A stretch of 64,000 bases of DNA, from positions 128,001 through 192,000 of the forward strand of contig CAVPVX010000007.1 in NCBI GenBank assembly GCA_963709345.1, in the 5' to 3' direction. The notes under the pieces were generated by a model. That model did not search any database and had not been told where the DNA came from. It saw only the letters and a program-made list of their open reading frames with translations. The stretch is from an uncultured Actinomycetes bacterium (lineage in GTDB: Bacteria > Actinomycetota > Thermoleophilia > UBA2241). Each line of letters opens with the position of its first letter. The first letter of the stretch is position 1. The position numbers and the translations under genes are program-made. Positions 21,662-35,696 of this stretch are shown in pieces.

Positions 21662-22588
21662 TCAGCCGTCGAGCTCGGCGGCGAGCGCGACGAGCCGCCG
21701 CAGACGGTGGTTCACCGCCGAGCGATTGAGCGGCGGGTCCGCGGCGGCGGCCAGCTCCTGCAAGCTCAGATACGGGAACTCGAGCCGCAACTCGGCGACC
21801 TCGCGAAGAGGGTCCGGCAGGCCGTCCCACTCGGCCGACGCCATGAGCGCGCGGACTGCGGCCGCCTGGCGCTCCCCGGCCGCCGCGGCCCGGCTCGCGT
21901 TCGCGGCGTCACAGTTGGCCAGCCGGTTGGCGCTCTCGCGCACCGACCCCAGCACGGCGTGCTCTTCCCAGCTCAGCCGCGCGTCATGCGCGCCGAGCAC
22001 GGCGAGGAGGTCGGCGGCGGTCTGGCCGCGCTTGGTGTAGCAGGCGACGTTACGCTCCCGGCTGGCGAGCGCGAAGCTCAGGTCGAGGCGTCCGAGCAGG
22101 CGCCGCACCTGTGCCGCCAGGTCCGCGTCCTCGACCGTGAACTCGGCGTGCACGGGAGCTCCCGGCGCCGATATCGAGCCACAGCCGAGAAACAGACCGC
22201 GCACAAAGGCCACCAGGCAGCAACGTCGCTCGACGAGCCGCCGTGGTACCGTCATCTGCACGGCCAGCCCGTCGGACAGCACCCCGAGCTCGTTGAGCGC
22301 CTGCAGGTCGCGACCCTCGTCGCCGAGCAGCACCTCGTACCGCAGGCCGACCGGGGCTCGCTCCACGGTCCGCAGCGTCGCGTCGACGTCCAGAGGCTTC
22401 AACAGGCCGAGCACGTGCCGCGCCACCGCGGGATGAGCCACCGACACGCGCACGCTGTAGTGGCCGCCGGCGCCGATCGCGAACGTCCCGGCGCCGAAGA
22501 GCACGCCCGAGAGCTGCGCGCGGCGACAGTGATCGGCCGCGGGGAAGACCGTGCCCAGCTCGAGCTTGACGTCCCGCGTGAAGCCCAT
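21662..22588 (-). CDS. whiA: DNA-binding protein WhiA
   Basis: MGFTRDVKLEL start, AFVRGLFLGCGSIS, ANRLANCDAAN, and C-terminal HTH SLQELA...SAVNHRLRRL. Lies downstream of rapZ-yvcK. Confidence 0.93.
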   Translation of the reverse strand: MGFTRDVKLELGTVFPAADHCRRAQLSGVLFGAGTFAIGAGGHYSVRVSVAHPAVARHVLGLLKPLDVDATLRTVERAPVGLRYEVLLGDEGRDLQALNELGVLSDGLAVQMTVPRRLVERRCCLVAFVRGLFLGCGSISAPGAPVHAEFTVEDADLAAQVRRLLGRLDLSFALASRERNVACYTKRGQTAADLLAVLGAHDARLSWEEHAVLGSVRESANRLANCDAANASRAAAAGERQAAAVRALMASAEWDGLPDPLREVAELRLEFPYLSLQELAAAADPPLNRSAVNHRLRRLVALAAELDG

Positions 22589-22596
22589 CGCCCGGC

Positions 22597-23847
22597 CTAC
22601 CTCACGAGTCGGAGCAGCGCGCCGGCGAGGCGCTCGGAGTCGTGGCGCACGACACCGCTCTCGGTGGTGACCGCCGCCCGGACGACCTTCACGCCCAGTG
22701 ACCTGAGACGCGCCTCGTCGACCACCACCGGCCGGGCGCCGTAGCGCTCGTAGATCGCCGCCACCGCGTCCGAGACCGGGGCCTCGTTCACGAGAACGGC
22801 GTCGACGAGCCCGGTCAGGCCGTGACGATGAAGGACCTCGAGGTGATCGGCGGCAGTGTACCCGTCGGTCTCCCCCGGCTCGGTCATGACGTTGCAGACG
22901 TACACGACCCAGGCCCGGGTGTCGCGGATCGCCGCATGCACTTCGGGCACCAGCAGGTTCGGGGTGACGCTCGTGTAGAGACTCCCCGGCCCCAGCACCA
23001 CGAGATCGGCGCCCGCCAGCGCGGAGAGCGCCTGCGGCATGGCGCGCGGGGCCTCCGGCGTGAGCCACACGCGTCGCGGCAGCCGCTCCGCCGCCGTGAT
23101 CGTGCTCTCGCCGCTGACCTCCCCGCCGTCCTCGAGCTGCGCGTGCAGCGTGACGTCCTCGAGGGTCGACGGCAGGACCCGGCCGCGCACCTTGAGCACG
23201 TGCGTCGACTCCTGCACGGCCAGCTCGAAGTCGCCGGTCACCTCGGAGAGGGCAGCCATGAACAGGTTGCCGAAGCTATGCCCCTGGAGCCCGCCTTCCT
23301 CGGGAAAGCGATACTGGAAGAGGCGGCTCATCATCGACTCGTCGTCGGCGAGAGCGACGAGGCAGTTCCGCAGGTCGCCGGGCGGAGGCATGCCCATCTC
23401 GCGACGCAGCCGCCCGGAACTGCCGCCGTCATCCGCCATGGTGACCACGGCGGTCAGATTGCTGGTCTGGGTCTTGAGGCCGCGCAGAAGGGCGGCGAGA
23501 CCGTTGCCGCCACCGACCGCGACCACGCGCGGCCCTCGCGCGAGGCGGGCGGCCGTGCGGATCTCGCTCGCCGTCTCCGGGGTCGTGCGCTGGAACAGCC
23601 AGAGCCGCTGGGCGCCCACACCGAGGGCCAGGAGCCCGACCGCCATGCCGTCGACGGCAAGAACGAGAGCGGCCGCGCGGCGCTTCTCGAGCCACCCCAT
23701 TCCGAGGCCCCCCTGGAGTTGCGGCGACCAGAGAACGCCCACCGCGAAGAGCACCGAGTAGACAAGCAGGACGCCGCCCGCGAAGGCGAACAGAAACCAG
23801 CGCTTGATGCCCAGCCCGGGAACGAGCCACTCGAGAGAGCGCCGCAT
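22597..23847 (-). CDS. yvcK: Gluconeogenesis factor YvcK/GlmR (CofD-like) with N-terminal membrane segments
   Basis: GGGNGL, VTMADDGGSSGRLR, PPGDLRNCL, GPGSLYTS, CNVMTEPGETDG, VRHD. Confidence 0.92.
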   Translation of the reverse strand: MRRSLEWLVPGLGIKRWFLFAFAGGVLLVYSVLFAVGVLWSPQLQGGLGMGWLEKRRAAALVLAVDGMAVGLLALGVGAQRLWLFQRTTPETASEIRTAARLARGPRVVAVGGGNGLAALLRGLKTQTSNLTAVVTMADDGGSSGRLRREMGMPPPGDLRNCLVALADDESMMSRLFQYRFPEEGGLQGHSFGNLFMAALSEVTGDFELAVQESTHVLKVRGRVLPSTLEDVTLHAQLEDGGEVSGESTITAAERLPRRVWLTPEAPRAMPQALSALAGADLVVLGPGSLYTSVTPNLLVPEVHAAIRDTRAWVVYVCNVMTEPGETDGYTAADHLEVLHRHGLTGLVDAVLVNEAPVSDAVAAIYERYGARPVVVDEARLRSLGVKVVRAAVTTESGVVRHDSERLAGALLRLVR

Positions 23848-23864
23848 GTGTCAGCCCGCCCCGG

Positions 23865-24734
23865 TCAGTCTCTCGTCAGGTCCCGATGGCGGACGACCGT
23901 GTAGTAGCCCTGCTTCTCGTAGCGTTCCCCGAGAAGCTGCGCGATGGCGACGGAGCGGTGGCGCCCGCCGGTGCACCCCACGCCGATGGTGAGGTGGGCC
24001 TTGCCCTCGGCCGCGTAGCGGGGGAACAGGAAGTCGAGCAGCGGGAACAGGCGCTCGAGGTACTCGCTCGTGCCGGGTGACTCGAGGACGAAGTCGCGGA
24101 CCTCGGCGTCGAGACCGGTCAGCGTGCGCAGGCGCAGGTCGTAGTGCGGGTTGGGCAGGAAGCGCACGTCGAAGAGCAGGTCGGCGTCGATCGGGATGCC
24201 GTACTTGAAGCCGAACGAGACGACGGCGAAGACGATGTTGGTGCGGCGCGTGTGCTGGATCAGATCCTCGTTGAGGCGCGCCTTGAGCTGATGGATCGAG
24301 ATGTCGCTGGTGTCGATCACCAGGGTGGCGCGCTCGCGCAGCCCGGCCAGCTGCAGGCGCTCCTCGCGAATGCCGTCGATGACGGTGCCGCCGGCCGCCA
24401 GCGGATGGCGGCGGCGCGTCTCCTTGAAGCGGCGCACGAGCGCCTCGTTCGATGCCTCGAGGAAGACGAGCGTGTACTCCACGCCGCGCTCGTGCAGCTC
24501 GTCGAGCAGCTGCTCGAGGCGGCCGAAGTACTCCCCGCCGCGCACGTCGCTGACGACGGCGACTCGGTCGACTTTGCTGCCCTCGCGGCGGAACAGGTCG
24601 ACCAGCGTCGGCACCAGCTCCGGCGGCAGGTTGTCGACGCAGAACCAGCCGGCATCCTCGAACGAGTCCATGGCCTGCGACTTGCCGGCCCCGGACAGCC
24701 CCGTGATGATCACGAACTGCAGCGCCTCGGTCAC
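23865..24734 (-). CDS. rapZ: RNase adapter RapZ/YvcJ P-loop protein
   Basis: TGLSGAGKS, CVDNLP, ETRRRHPL, SFGFKYG, DVRFLPNP, GCTGGRHRSV. Confidence 0.95.
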   Translation of the reverse strand: MTEALQFVIITGLSGAGKSQAMDSFEDAGWFCVDNLPPELVPTLVDLFRREGSKVDRVAVVSDVRGGEYFGRLEQLLDELHERGVEYTLVFLEASNEALVRRFKETRRRHPLAAGGTVIDGIREERLQLAGLRERATLVIDTSDISIHQLKARLNEDLIQHTRRTNIVFAVVSFGFKYGIPIDADLLFDVRFLPNPHYDLRLRTLTGLDAEVRDFVLESPGTSEYLERLFPLLDFLFPRYAAEGKAHLTIGVGCTGGRHRSVAIAQLLGERYEKQGYYTVVRHRDLTRD

Positions 24735-25267
24735 GCGACCCTCCCCCCGCTCACGCGCACTCCCTCGAGCCCCAGGAGGCGCTCCTTCCAGGCCGGATCG
24801 TCGCCGTAGAAGCCGAGCCGGCCGTCGTTCTTGATCACCCGGTGGCAGGCAAGGATGACCGGCAGCTGATTGCGAGCCATGACCGACCCTACGGCCCGGT
24901 ACGCCTGCGGTCGACCCGCGGCCGCGGCCAGGTCCCGATAACTCACCACGGTGCCGTAGGACACCCTCGCGAGCGCCGCGTACACATCGCGCTCGAAGCC
25001 GGTGAGGCCATGAGCGCACGCGTAGGCGTCGATGTCGAGGTCGAAGGCCACCGGCTCTCCGGCGAAGTAGCGCTCCAGCGCCGTCGCCCAGCGGCTCTTC
25101 CGAGACGGCCGCGCCGGCGCCTCGACCCGTGCGTCGGGAAGGTCCACCTCGAGCGGCAGGTCGCCGGCGCGCAGCAGCCGACCGATACCGGCGTCGCAGA
25201 AGAAGGGCTCCTCGGTGACCGGGCCGAGGCCAGAGCACGGATCAGCCCGTCTTATGGAGGTGTGCAT
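24731..25267 (-). CDS. ogt: Methylated-DNA--protein-cysteine methyltransferase (MGMT family)
   Basis: VSYGTVVSYRDLA, RAVGSVMARN, active site ACHRVI (a PCHRV variant), and KERLLGLEG. The ATG overlaps the uvrC end; the start is uncertain. Confidence 0.88.
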   Translation of the reverse strand: MHTSIRRADPCSGLGPVTEEPFFCDAGIGRLLRAGDLPLEVDLPDARVEAPARPSRKSRWATALERYFAGEPVAFDLDIDAYACAHGLTGFERDVYAALARVSYGTVVSYRDLAAAAGRPQAYRAVGSVMARNQLPVILACHRVIKNDGRLGFYGDDPAWKERLLGLEGVRVSGGRVA

Positions 25268-27105
25268 AGATCTCCCTCGCCACCTTGCGCGGCAGCCCCG
25301 GAACGCGCTCGATCTCTTCCCGGCCGGCGCTGAGAAAGCGTTCGGGGCTGCCGAAGTGCTCCAGGATGCGCCGCCGGCGCACGGGGCCGACCTGCGGGAG
25401 CTCGTCGAAGATCGACGAGCGGCGCAGGTCGGCGTCACGCCGCTGCCTATGGTACGTCACCGCGAACCGGTGTGCCTCGTCGCGGATGCGCTGCAGCAGC
25501 AGCGAGCCCGGGTCGTCGGCCGCCAGCGGCAGCGGGTCGCGCCGCCCCGGCACGAACACCTGTTCGCGCTGCTTCGCCAGGCCGACGACGTCGAGGTCGA
25601 TGCCGCAGTCACGCAGAGCCGCGACCGCCGCGGAGAGCTGGCCTTTGCCACCGTCGACGACGACCAGGTCCGGCAGCGTGGCGAAGCTCTCGTCGAAGGC
25701 GCGGTCCGTGTCACCGCGGCGCTCGAAGCGCCGCCGCAGCACCTGGTTCATCATCGCGAAGTCGTCCTGGCCGGCGACGTCGCGCACGGCGAACTTCCGG
25801 TAGTGCGCCTTCTTCGGCACACCGCCCTCGAACACGACCATGGAGCCGACAGGGTGCTGCTCGCCGAGGTTGGAGATGTCGTAGCACTCGATGCGCAGCG
25901 GCAGCCGCTCGAGCGCCAACCCGTCGCGCAGGCGCTCGAGCGCCTCGATGCGCGCCGAGGAGCGCCGAGCGAGACGCTCCGACTCGGCCTCCGCCGCGAG
26001 CTCCGCATTGTGCTGTGCAAGCTCCAGGAGGCGCCGCTTGGGACCGCGCCGGGCAACGTGCGCCACGACCTTCGCGCCCCGGCGCTCCGTGAGGAGCGCG
26101 CTCAAGCCGGCTGCATCCTCGAGCGGCGCCACGACCTCCGCCGGGATCACGGCGCCCTCCCAGTAGAACTCGAGCAGGAACTCCTCCACCACATCGGTGG
26201 TCTCGCGCCCGGCCGCGTTCTCGAGATAGAAGGCCTGGCGGTCGACCACAGCGCCGTTGCGCACGCGGAAGACCTGGACGTTGGCGCCCGGCTCCGCCTG
26301 CGACAGGCCGACCACGTCGAAGGCCTCGCGCTCGTCGACCCGGGCGGTCTGGCGCTCATGCACGTGCCGGACGGCGGCGAGGCGGTCGCGAAGCAGCGCC
26401 GCCTTCTCGAACTCCTGAGCCGCGGCCGCCCCGGCCATCTCGCGCTCGATCTCGCGCTCGACTGCGCCGAGGCGGCCGCGGAGAAAGTCGATCGCCTGCT
26501 GCACGGCAGCCATGTACTCCTCGCGCGTCACGCGCCCGTCGCACGGCGCCAGCGAGCGCTTGATGAAGTACTGCAGACACGGCGACCCGCTGGGGCGACC
26601 CGGCTTCTCGCCGCGGCACTTGCGGTACGGGAAGATCCTGCCGATGAGCTCGAGCGTGTCACGTACCTTACGGGCGCTCGAGAAGGGGCCGAAGTAGAGG
26701 TTGCCGGGCACGCGGCGCCCACGGAAGAAGCGCACGCGCGGCCACTCGTCGTTCATGGTGATCTCGATGGACGGGTAGCTCTTGTCGTCGCGCAGACGCA
26801 GATTGTACGGGGGGCGCTCCTCCTTGATGAAGTTGTCCTCCAGGAGGAGCGCCTCGCCCTCGGTCGCCGTCACCACCCAGTCGATATCCGCAGCCTGCGC
26901 GAGCATCTCCCCGGTACGCCCGTGAGGCTGCGCCGCCGGGCGCAGGTAGCTCGCGACGCGCTTGCGCAGCGCTTTCGCCTTGCCGACGTACAGCACGGTC
27001 TCGCCGGCATCGAGGAAGCGGTAGACGCCGGGCTCGTTGGGGATACGCGGCAGGATCGCACGCAGCCTCTCGATGGGCTTGCTCGGAGGAGGATGACGGG
27101 CTCAT
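25242..27105 (-). CDS. uvrC: Excinuclease ABC subunit C, with an apparent 1-nt insertion in codon 3
   Basis: PNEPGVYRF...LYVGKAK GIY-YIG domain, [29 protein letters not shown] and HhH. The ATG at 27105 joins the frame only if one base of the run at 27098-27100 is removed. Confidence 0.92.
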
Positions 27106-27189
27106 CGCCGACGATTGTACCCGCTGTGCCGGCGGCGCGACTCCGGCAGGCGCAGCCGCCCCGCACGGGCGCCGCAAGGCCATGACGGC

Positions 27190-27406
27190 CCGCAGCGAAC
27201 ACCTTCTTGATCTCCTTCGGGCCGGCCGCGGCGAACAGGCGCTGGAACAATGCCGGGTCGCAGGGCACGGCCAGCGCCGTGTACGGCAGCGAGTTGGCGA
27301 AGAAGGCCGAGCTCCCCTCGTGGAACGCGACCTCGGACGTGCCGAACAACGTGTCGAGGCCGTAGAAGCCGGATCCGAACCGATGTGCCACCCCCCGGGG
27401 CCACAC
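27190..27406 (-). pseudogene. Short coding-like orphan segment or gene remnant between uvrA and uvrC
   Basis: About 70 codons with strong third-position GC bias ([63 protein letters not shown]). No clear RBS and no nearby stop. Confidence 0.4.
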
Positions 27407-27453
27407 ATCGCGTGACCCTCAAGAAGAGACCCCGCCGCGCAGGGCCCACCCTT

Positions 27454-30343
<2,890 letters not shown>

Positions 30344-30473
30344 GCGCTGGCGTGACTCCAGTGGAGAGAGGACACCGATCCCGACCGTCTATTGTATCCG
30401 CTGCAGCCGACAGACGTGATGCGACGCGCCCCGGGGCCGCGTCGCGGATGGAGCGCCGCCTCTCATGCTCACC

Positions 30474-32975
30474 TCACGGGGTGAAGGCGAAGCCCTGCTC
30501 CTCCACAAGCCTCACACACACCGCGACGACGGCCGCGTCGTACTTGACTCCGGCGTGGTCGCGGACCTCGCTCAGCGCGGCCTCCATCCCGAGTGCCGCA
30601 CGATAGGGCCGGTGAGACGACATCGCCTCCACGACGTCGGCAACGGCGAGGATGCGCGCCTCGAGGAGGATCTCTTCCCCGGTCAGCCCCCCAGGGTAGC
30701 CTGACCCGTCGAGGCGTTCGTGGTGCTGCAGCACCATCTCGGCCACCGGGTGGCCGAAGTCGATGGGCGCAAGGATGTCGTATCCCGACGTCGGATGCTG
30801 TTTGATGAGGTTGAACTCGACAGCGCTGAGCCGGCCGGGCTTGGCAAGGATCTCGGCCGGCACGGCGATCTTGCCGATGTCGTGGATGAGCCCGGCGAGC
30901 CGCAGGGCCCCGAGATTGTCGGCCTCGACGCCCATGTCCTCCCCGATGGCCATCGCCAGCTCGGCGACGCGGCGTTCGTGCCCGGCCGTGTAGGGGTCGC
31001 GGGTCTCCACCACCTGGCTCATGGCCTGCACCGCGCCTTCAACGGTACGCCGAAGCTGGGCTGCCTGCCGGCGTACCTCGTCCTGCGCCTCCACCTGCTC
31101 GGTCACATCGATCGAGATGCCACCGACCAGCGGCGGCTTGCCTTCGCGCGGGATCGGAAAGTAGATGGAATGCACGAACTCGTGCACCCCGGCGGGCGTC
31201 CAGCTCACGATGGTGTCGACCGACTCTCCACCCAGACTGCGCCGGACCCGATCCTCTTCTTCCTTTCCCGGGTCGCCACCCCACACCTGCGACGGTGTGC
31301 AGCCGAGCCACTCTCGCCGCAGCCACTCGCCGTCGGCTTTGTCCGGCCGATTGGCGTAGACGTACCGGAGTTGCTCGTCCTGCATGAACAGGTAGCCGGG
31401 GAAGTGATCGGCGAACTGCTCGAAGCGCTCCTCGCTCTCGCGCAGCGCATCCTCGCTCCTCTTGTGCTCCGTGATGTCCATGTAGGCACCGAGCACACCG
31501 TCGATCTCGCCGCCGAGATCGAGGAGGGGCAACTTGCTCGTCAGCAGAGTGATGGTGTCACCTTCCGGCGTTGTCTGAGGTTCCTCGATGAGTCCAGTCG
31601 ATCGGCCGCTCTCGATGACCCGGCGATCGTCGGCTCGATACAGATCGGCCTGATCCCTCCACCCCATCTGGTAGTCGTCTTTGCCGACAACGTCTGCTGG
31701 GTCGGAGAACCCCGCATCGCGCGCAAAGACCGCGTTGCAGCCCACGTAGACGAGATCCCTGTCCTTCCAGAAGACCCGGACCGGTAGGGCGTTCATGATC
31801 CCTTCAAGAAGCTGCTTTGACGCTTGCAGTTCCTCTTGCGCGTGCTTGCTTTGAGTGATGTCACGCGTGATGCCCTCCACGGCCACGAGATGCCCCTCGT
31901 CGTCGTGCACCGGCACGATGGCACTCTCCATCCAGCGCGTCACACCGTCCTTGCCGATCCACCGCATGAGGATGGGCTCCCGCGGGGGGCTGGGTGGCGA
32001 GAGCATCGCCGCCATCGCCGGAGCATCGTCCGGATGCGCCAAGGTGAGCATGAGCTCCGGGTCGGCGTAGCACTCCTCCGGCGTGTAGCCCGTGATGGCT
32101 CTGACGGCGGGGTTGATGTAGGTGAGACGGGCTGTGGGCAGGAAGTCGTAGCGGAAGATGATGTCGGGAGCGTTGTCGGCCAGGCGCTCGTAGCGCGCCT
32201 CGCTCTCCACGGCGCGCCGCTCGCTTCGGCGCTGCTCGGTGACGTCGCGGACGTACGACGATGAGGAACGGCTCGTCTCCTCGCTCGCAGAACTCGAGCG
32301 TGCCTTGATGTCACGCGACTCTCCGACCGCCGACAGGCAGAGTGATCTCGAGATCGACGACCGGCTGCCGAACCGTGACACGCCACAGCTGGACCCAGCG
32401 TTGCCTCGTCGATCGCCGGGCTCCAGTCCCAGATCGTCTGGCCGCGGTCTCTCGAGTTCGCCCGTCCACCAAGACGATGGGCGGCCTCGTTGCTTGTACA
32501 GGAAGACGCCGTCCTCACTGACGTAGGCGATCGCCTGTGATGCATGATCGATCGCGAACTGCGTCCGCTTTGCCGTCTCGACGGCCTCCCGCTGCCGGTG
32601 CCGCAGGTCGGCGCCGTCGACGGCGCGCTGCACGGCCGGCGCCAGCCGCGTGAGGTTGTCCTTGAGGACGTAGTCCACCGCTCCGGCCCTCATGGTCGTC
32701 ACGGCGGTGTCCTCGTCGATCGCGCCGGACACGGTGATCGCCGGAACGTCGGGAGCCTCGGCACCGAGCAGACTGAGCGCCTCAGGGCCGCCAAAACCGG
32801 GCAGGTTGTAGTCGACGAGCGCGACCTCCCAGCCCGTGTCGCGGAGAGCCGCATCGAGGGCCGCCCTGGTGTCGACGCGGTCCCACTCCAGCTCCATACC
32901 GGCTTCACGCAGACGCCTCAGCATGAGGGCGACGTCATCGGGGCTGTCGTCGACGAACAGAATGCGCAACTTCAC
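30474..32975 (-). CDS. REC-PAS(x4)-HD-GYP cyclic-dinucleotide phosphodiesterase; first PAS domain scrambled by compensating indels
   Basis: ILFVDDS and LVDYNLPG receiver; repeated RDIT/DVT PAS ends; RDPYTAGH, HDIGK, HHERLDGSGYP, ADVVEAMSSHRPYR. Confidence 0.88.
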   Translation of the reverse strand: MKLRILFVDDSPDDVALMLRRLREAGMELEWDRVDTRAALDAALRDTGWEVALVDYNLPGFGGPEALSLLGAEAPDVPAITVSGAIDEDTAVTTMRAGAVDYVLKDNLTRLAPAVQRAVDGADLRHRQREAVETAKRTQFAIDHASQAIAYVSEDGVFLYKQRGRPSSWWTGELERPRPDDLGLEPGDRRGNAGSSCGVSRFGSRSSISRSLCLSAVGESRDIKARSSSASEETSRSSSSYVRDVTEQRRSERRAVESEARYERLADNAPDIIFRYDFLPTARLTYINPAVRAITGYTPEECYADPELMLTLAHPDDAPAMAAMLSPPSPPREPILMRWIGKDGVTRWMESAIVPVHDDEGHLVAVEGITRDITQSKHAQEELQASKQLLEGIMNALPVRVFWKDRDLVYVGCNAVFARDAGFSDPADVVGKDDYQMGWRDQADLYRADDRRVIESGRSTGLIEEPQTTPEGDTITLLTSKLPLLDLGGEIDGVLGAYMDITEHKRSEDALRESEERFEQFADHFPGYLFMQDEQLRYVYANRPDKADGEWLRREWLGCTPSQVWGGDPGKEEEDRVRRSLGGESVDTIVSWTPAGVHEFVHSIYFPIPREGKPPLVGGISIDVTEQVEAQDEVRRQAAQLRRTVEGAVQAMSQVVETRDPYTAGHERRVAELAMAIGEDMGVEADNLGALRLAGLIHDIGKIAVPAEILAKPGRLSAVEFNLIKQHPTSGYDILAPIDFGHPVAEMVLQHHERLDGSGYPGGLTGEEILLEARILAVADVVEAMSSHRPYRAALGMEAALSEVRDHAGVKYDAAVVAVCVRLVEEQGFAFTP

Positions 32976-33067
32976 TGAGTCTCTCCCCGGCTGATGAACG
33001 CGATCGTCCTTGGGGAGCATACCCCGATGCGCGCAGAGACGTCGATGTGCGGGCCGATGCCTGGCTC

Positions 33068-33682
33068 TCAGTCGATCAGCAGCAGGCCCGTCCAGGCCGG
33101 ATGATCCACAGCCGGCAACTCGATGCTGAGGCCGGCCGCCTCGGCCGTGGCGACGACGTCGATGCCCACGGCCTCCATGGAAGGACGCGCCTCGAACGGA
33201 TGCCGGCACGGCTCGCCGGAATCCTGGCCGACGCACTCGTCGCAGAGGACGCACTCGCCCCCGGAGAAGGCGGCGGCGTACCGGTAGCCGAGCTTGAACG
33301 CCTCGCGCTCAAGCGCGGTCATGAGACGCGCGAAGCGGTTCTGGCTCTCGCGCAGGCCCTTCAGCCCGTCGGCGTCCGAGTGCGAGTCGGCGAAGCCGCG
33401 GCCGCCGAACTGCTCGTCGACAGCCTCCTGCGTGAGCGGGATGTCGAGCTGGACGACGAGTGCATCCGAGTAGCGCCCGAGGACGGCGGTCGTCTCGGCC
33501 AGCGCCATGACGGCCGGCGGGCACATCAGGTTGTGCCCGTAGCTGGAGCAGAGCGGCACCCTGCACTTGAGGTTGACCCGCTCGTCGACCACGACGGCGA
33601 CCGCCGGCAGAGGCGCCGCGCGGTCGGCGCCGAGACCCTCCGCCCTGGCGATCATCTGCTGCAGGTGCATCGCGTCAGCCAA
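33068..33682 (-). CDS. DUF2284 family Cys-rich predicted metal-binding protein
   Basis: [18 protein letters not shown] and [10 protein letters not shown]...[18 protein letters not shown]. Start is either TTG at 33682, overlapping the uvrB stop, or ATG at 33670. Confidence 0.85.
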   Translation of the reverse strand: MADAMHLQQMIARAEGLGADRAAPLPAVAVVVDERVNLKCRVPLCSSYGHNLMCPPAVMALAETTAVLGRYSDALVVQLDIPLTQEAVDEQFGGRGFADSHSDADGLKGLRESQNRFARLMTALEREAFKLGYRYAAAFSGGECVLCDECVGQDSGEPCRHPFEARPSMEAVGIDVVATAEAAGLSIELPAVDHPAWTGLLLID

Positions 33683-35687
33683 CCTTGCTCTCCCTTCGGT
33701 CGAGCTCCTTGCTGAGCTCCTTGATCTCGTCGCGCAGCTTGGCTGCGTACTCGAACTTGAGCTGGTCGGCCGCCTCGAACATCTCGGCCTCGAGGCTCGT
33801 GAGGAGCTTCTCGAGGTCGGCGCGCGGCATCGCCATCTTCTTCGCCACTGCCTTGGCGGCGCGGCGGCCCTTGGTGGGTACCGCCGCCGCGTCGCTCAGC
33901 ATGGTCGAGATATCGCTGACGCCCTTCACGACGCTCACCGGCGTGATGCCATGGTGTTCATTGTAGGCGGTCTGCTTCGCCCGGCGGCGGTTCGTCTCGC
34001 CGATCGCGACCTCCATGGCCGCCGTCATGCGGTCGGCGTACATGATCACCCGGCCGTCGATGTTGCGGGCGGCGCGGCCGATCGTCTGGATGAGGGCCGT
34101 CTGGCCGCGAAGGAAGCCCTCCTTGTCGGCGTCGAGGATGGCGACCAGCGTGACCTCAGGCAGATCGAGTCCCTCCCGGAGCAGGTTGATGCCGACGAGG
34201 ACGTCGAACTCCCCCAGACGCAGGTCGCGGACGATCTGGATGCGCTCCAGCGTGTCGACCTCGCTGTGCAGGTAGCGGACCTTGAAGCCGTTCTCGAGCA
34301 GAAAGTCGGTGAGATCCTCGGACATCCTCTTGGTGAGCGTGGTCACGAGCACGCGCTGGTCCGTGTCGACGCGCCGGCGGATCTCGTTCATGAGGTCGTC
34401 GATCTGCCCCTCGGTGGGCCGCACCTCGACCTCCGGGTCGATGAGGCCCGTCGGCCGGATGATCTGCTCGGCGATGTTCACGCTGTTGGCGAGCTCGAAC
34501 GCCGCGGGGGTGGCGCTGACAAACACGATCTGCGGCACCTTCTCGAGGAATTCCTCGATGCGCAGCGGCCGGTTGTCGAGAGCGCTGGGGAGACGGAACC
34601 CGTAGTCGACCAGCATATCCTTGCGCGACTTGTCGCCCGCCGACATGGCGCGGATCTGCGGCAGCGACATGTGCGACTCGTCGATGAAGCAGAGGAAGTC
34701 GTCGGGGAAGTAGTCCAGCAGGCAGTTCGGGGTGGCCCCCGGCTCTTTGCCGAGCAGGATGCGGGAGTAGTTCTCGATGCCGCTGCAATAGCCCATCTCG
34801 CGCAGCATCTCCATGTCGTAGAGGGTGCGCTGCCGCAGCCGATGCGCCTCAAGCACCTTGCCGTGGGCTTCGAACCAGGCGGTGCGTTCGTCGAGCTCGG
34901 CCTTGATCTCGACGAGAGCACGCTCGACCGCAGGGCTGTTGGTGACGAAGTGGGTGGCCGGGTAGATCGCCGCGTGGGTCGGCTTGTCGAGGACCTCGCC
35001 GCCAACTGGGTCGAAGCTCGCGATCTGCTCGACCTCGTCGCCCCAGAGTTGTACGCGGATGGCGGTGTCCTGGCTGGCCGGCCAGATCTCGACCGAGTCA
35101 CCGCGCACACGGAACTTGCCGCGCGCGGGCTCGAAGTCGTTGCGCGCGTACTGGATGTCGACCAGCTTCCGCAGCATCTCGTCGCGGTCGACAGTGTCGC
35201 CGACGCTGAGCAGGACCATCTTCTCGAGGTAGTCCTCAGGAGAGCCCAGACCGTAGATGCAGCTCACGCTGGCGACGATGACCACATCGCGACGCAGGAA
35301 CAGAGAGTTGGTCGCCGCGTGGCGCAGGCGGTCGATCTCGTCGTTGATCGACGAGTCCTTCTCGATGTAGAGATCCTGCGCCGGGACGTAGGCCTCCGGC
35401 TGGTAGTAGTCGTAGTAGCTGACGAAGTACTCGACGGCGTTATCCGGAAGGAACTCGCGGAACTCATTGCAGAGTTGCGCCGCGAGCGTCTTGTTGTGGG
35501 CGATGACCAGGGTGGGCTTCTGGACCTGCCGGATGACGTTGGCCATGGTGAACGTCTTGCCGGAACCGGTGACGCCGAGCAGCGTCTGAAACCGGTCGCC
35601 ACGGCGGATCCCGTCGCTGAGTGAGCCGACGGCCTCCGGCTGGTCGCCGGTGAGGTCGTACGCAGACTGGATGCGGAACTCGGTCAT
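33675..35687 (-). CDS. uvrB: Excinuclease ABC subunit B
   Basis: [46 protein letters not shown] and C-terminal UVR domain. Confidence 0.97.
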   Translation of the reverse strand: MTEFRIQSAYDLTGDQPEAVGSLSDGIRRGDRFQTLLGVTGSGKTFTMANVIRQVQKPTLVIAHNKTLAAQLCNEFREFLPDNAVEYFVSYYDYYQPEAYVPAQDLYIEKDSSINDEIDRLRHAATNSLFLRRDVVIVASVSCIYGLGSPEDYLEKMVLLSVGDTVDRDEMLRKLVDIQYARNDFEPARGKFRVRGDSVEIWPASQDTAIRVQLWGDEVEQIASFDPVGGEVLDKPTHAAIYPATHFVTNSPAVERALVEIKAELDERTAWFEAHGKVLEAHRLRQRTLYDMEMLREMGYCSGIENYSRILLGKEPGATPNCLLDYFPDDFLCFIDESHMSLPQIRAMSAGDKSRKDMLVDYGFRLPSALDNRPLRIEEFLEKVPQIVFVSATPAAFELANSVNIAEQIIRPTGLIDPEVEVRPTEGQIDDLMNEIRRRVDTDQRVLVTTLTKRMSEDLTDFLLENGFKVRYLHSEVDTLERIQIVRDLRLGEFDVLVGINLLREGLDLPEVTLVAILDADKEGFLRGQTALIQTIGRAARNIDGRVIMYADRMTAAMEVAIGETNRRRAKQTAYNEHHGITPVSVVKGVSDISTMLSDAAAVPTKGRRAAKAVAKKMAMPRADLEKLLTSLEAEMFEAADQLKFEYAAKLRDEIKELSKELDRRESKVG

Positions 35688-35696
35688 GTGAGCTCG

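Noticed and set aside
33015-33050. Third SigB-like promoter (GGGTAT) upstream of the REC-PAS-HD-GYP gene
   Set aside because: There is no GTKAT at the 16-nt spacing, and the overlapping TATGCT fits a housekeeping -10 equally well.
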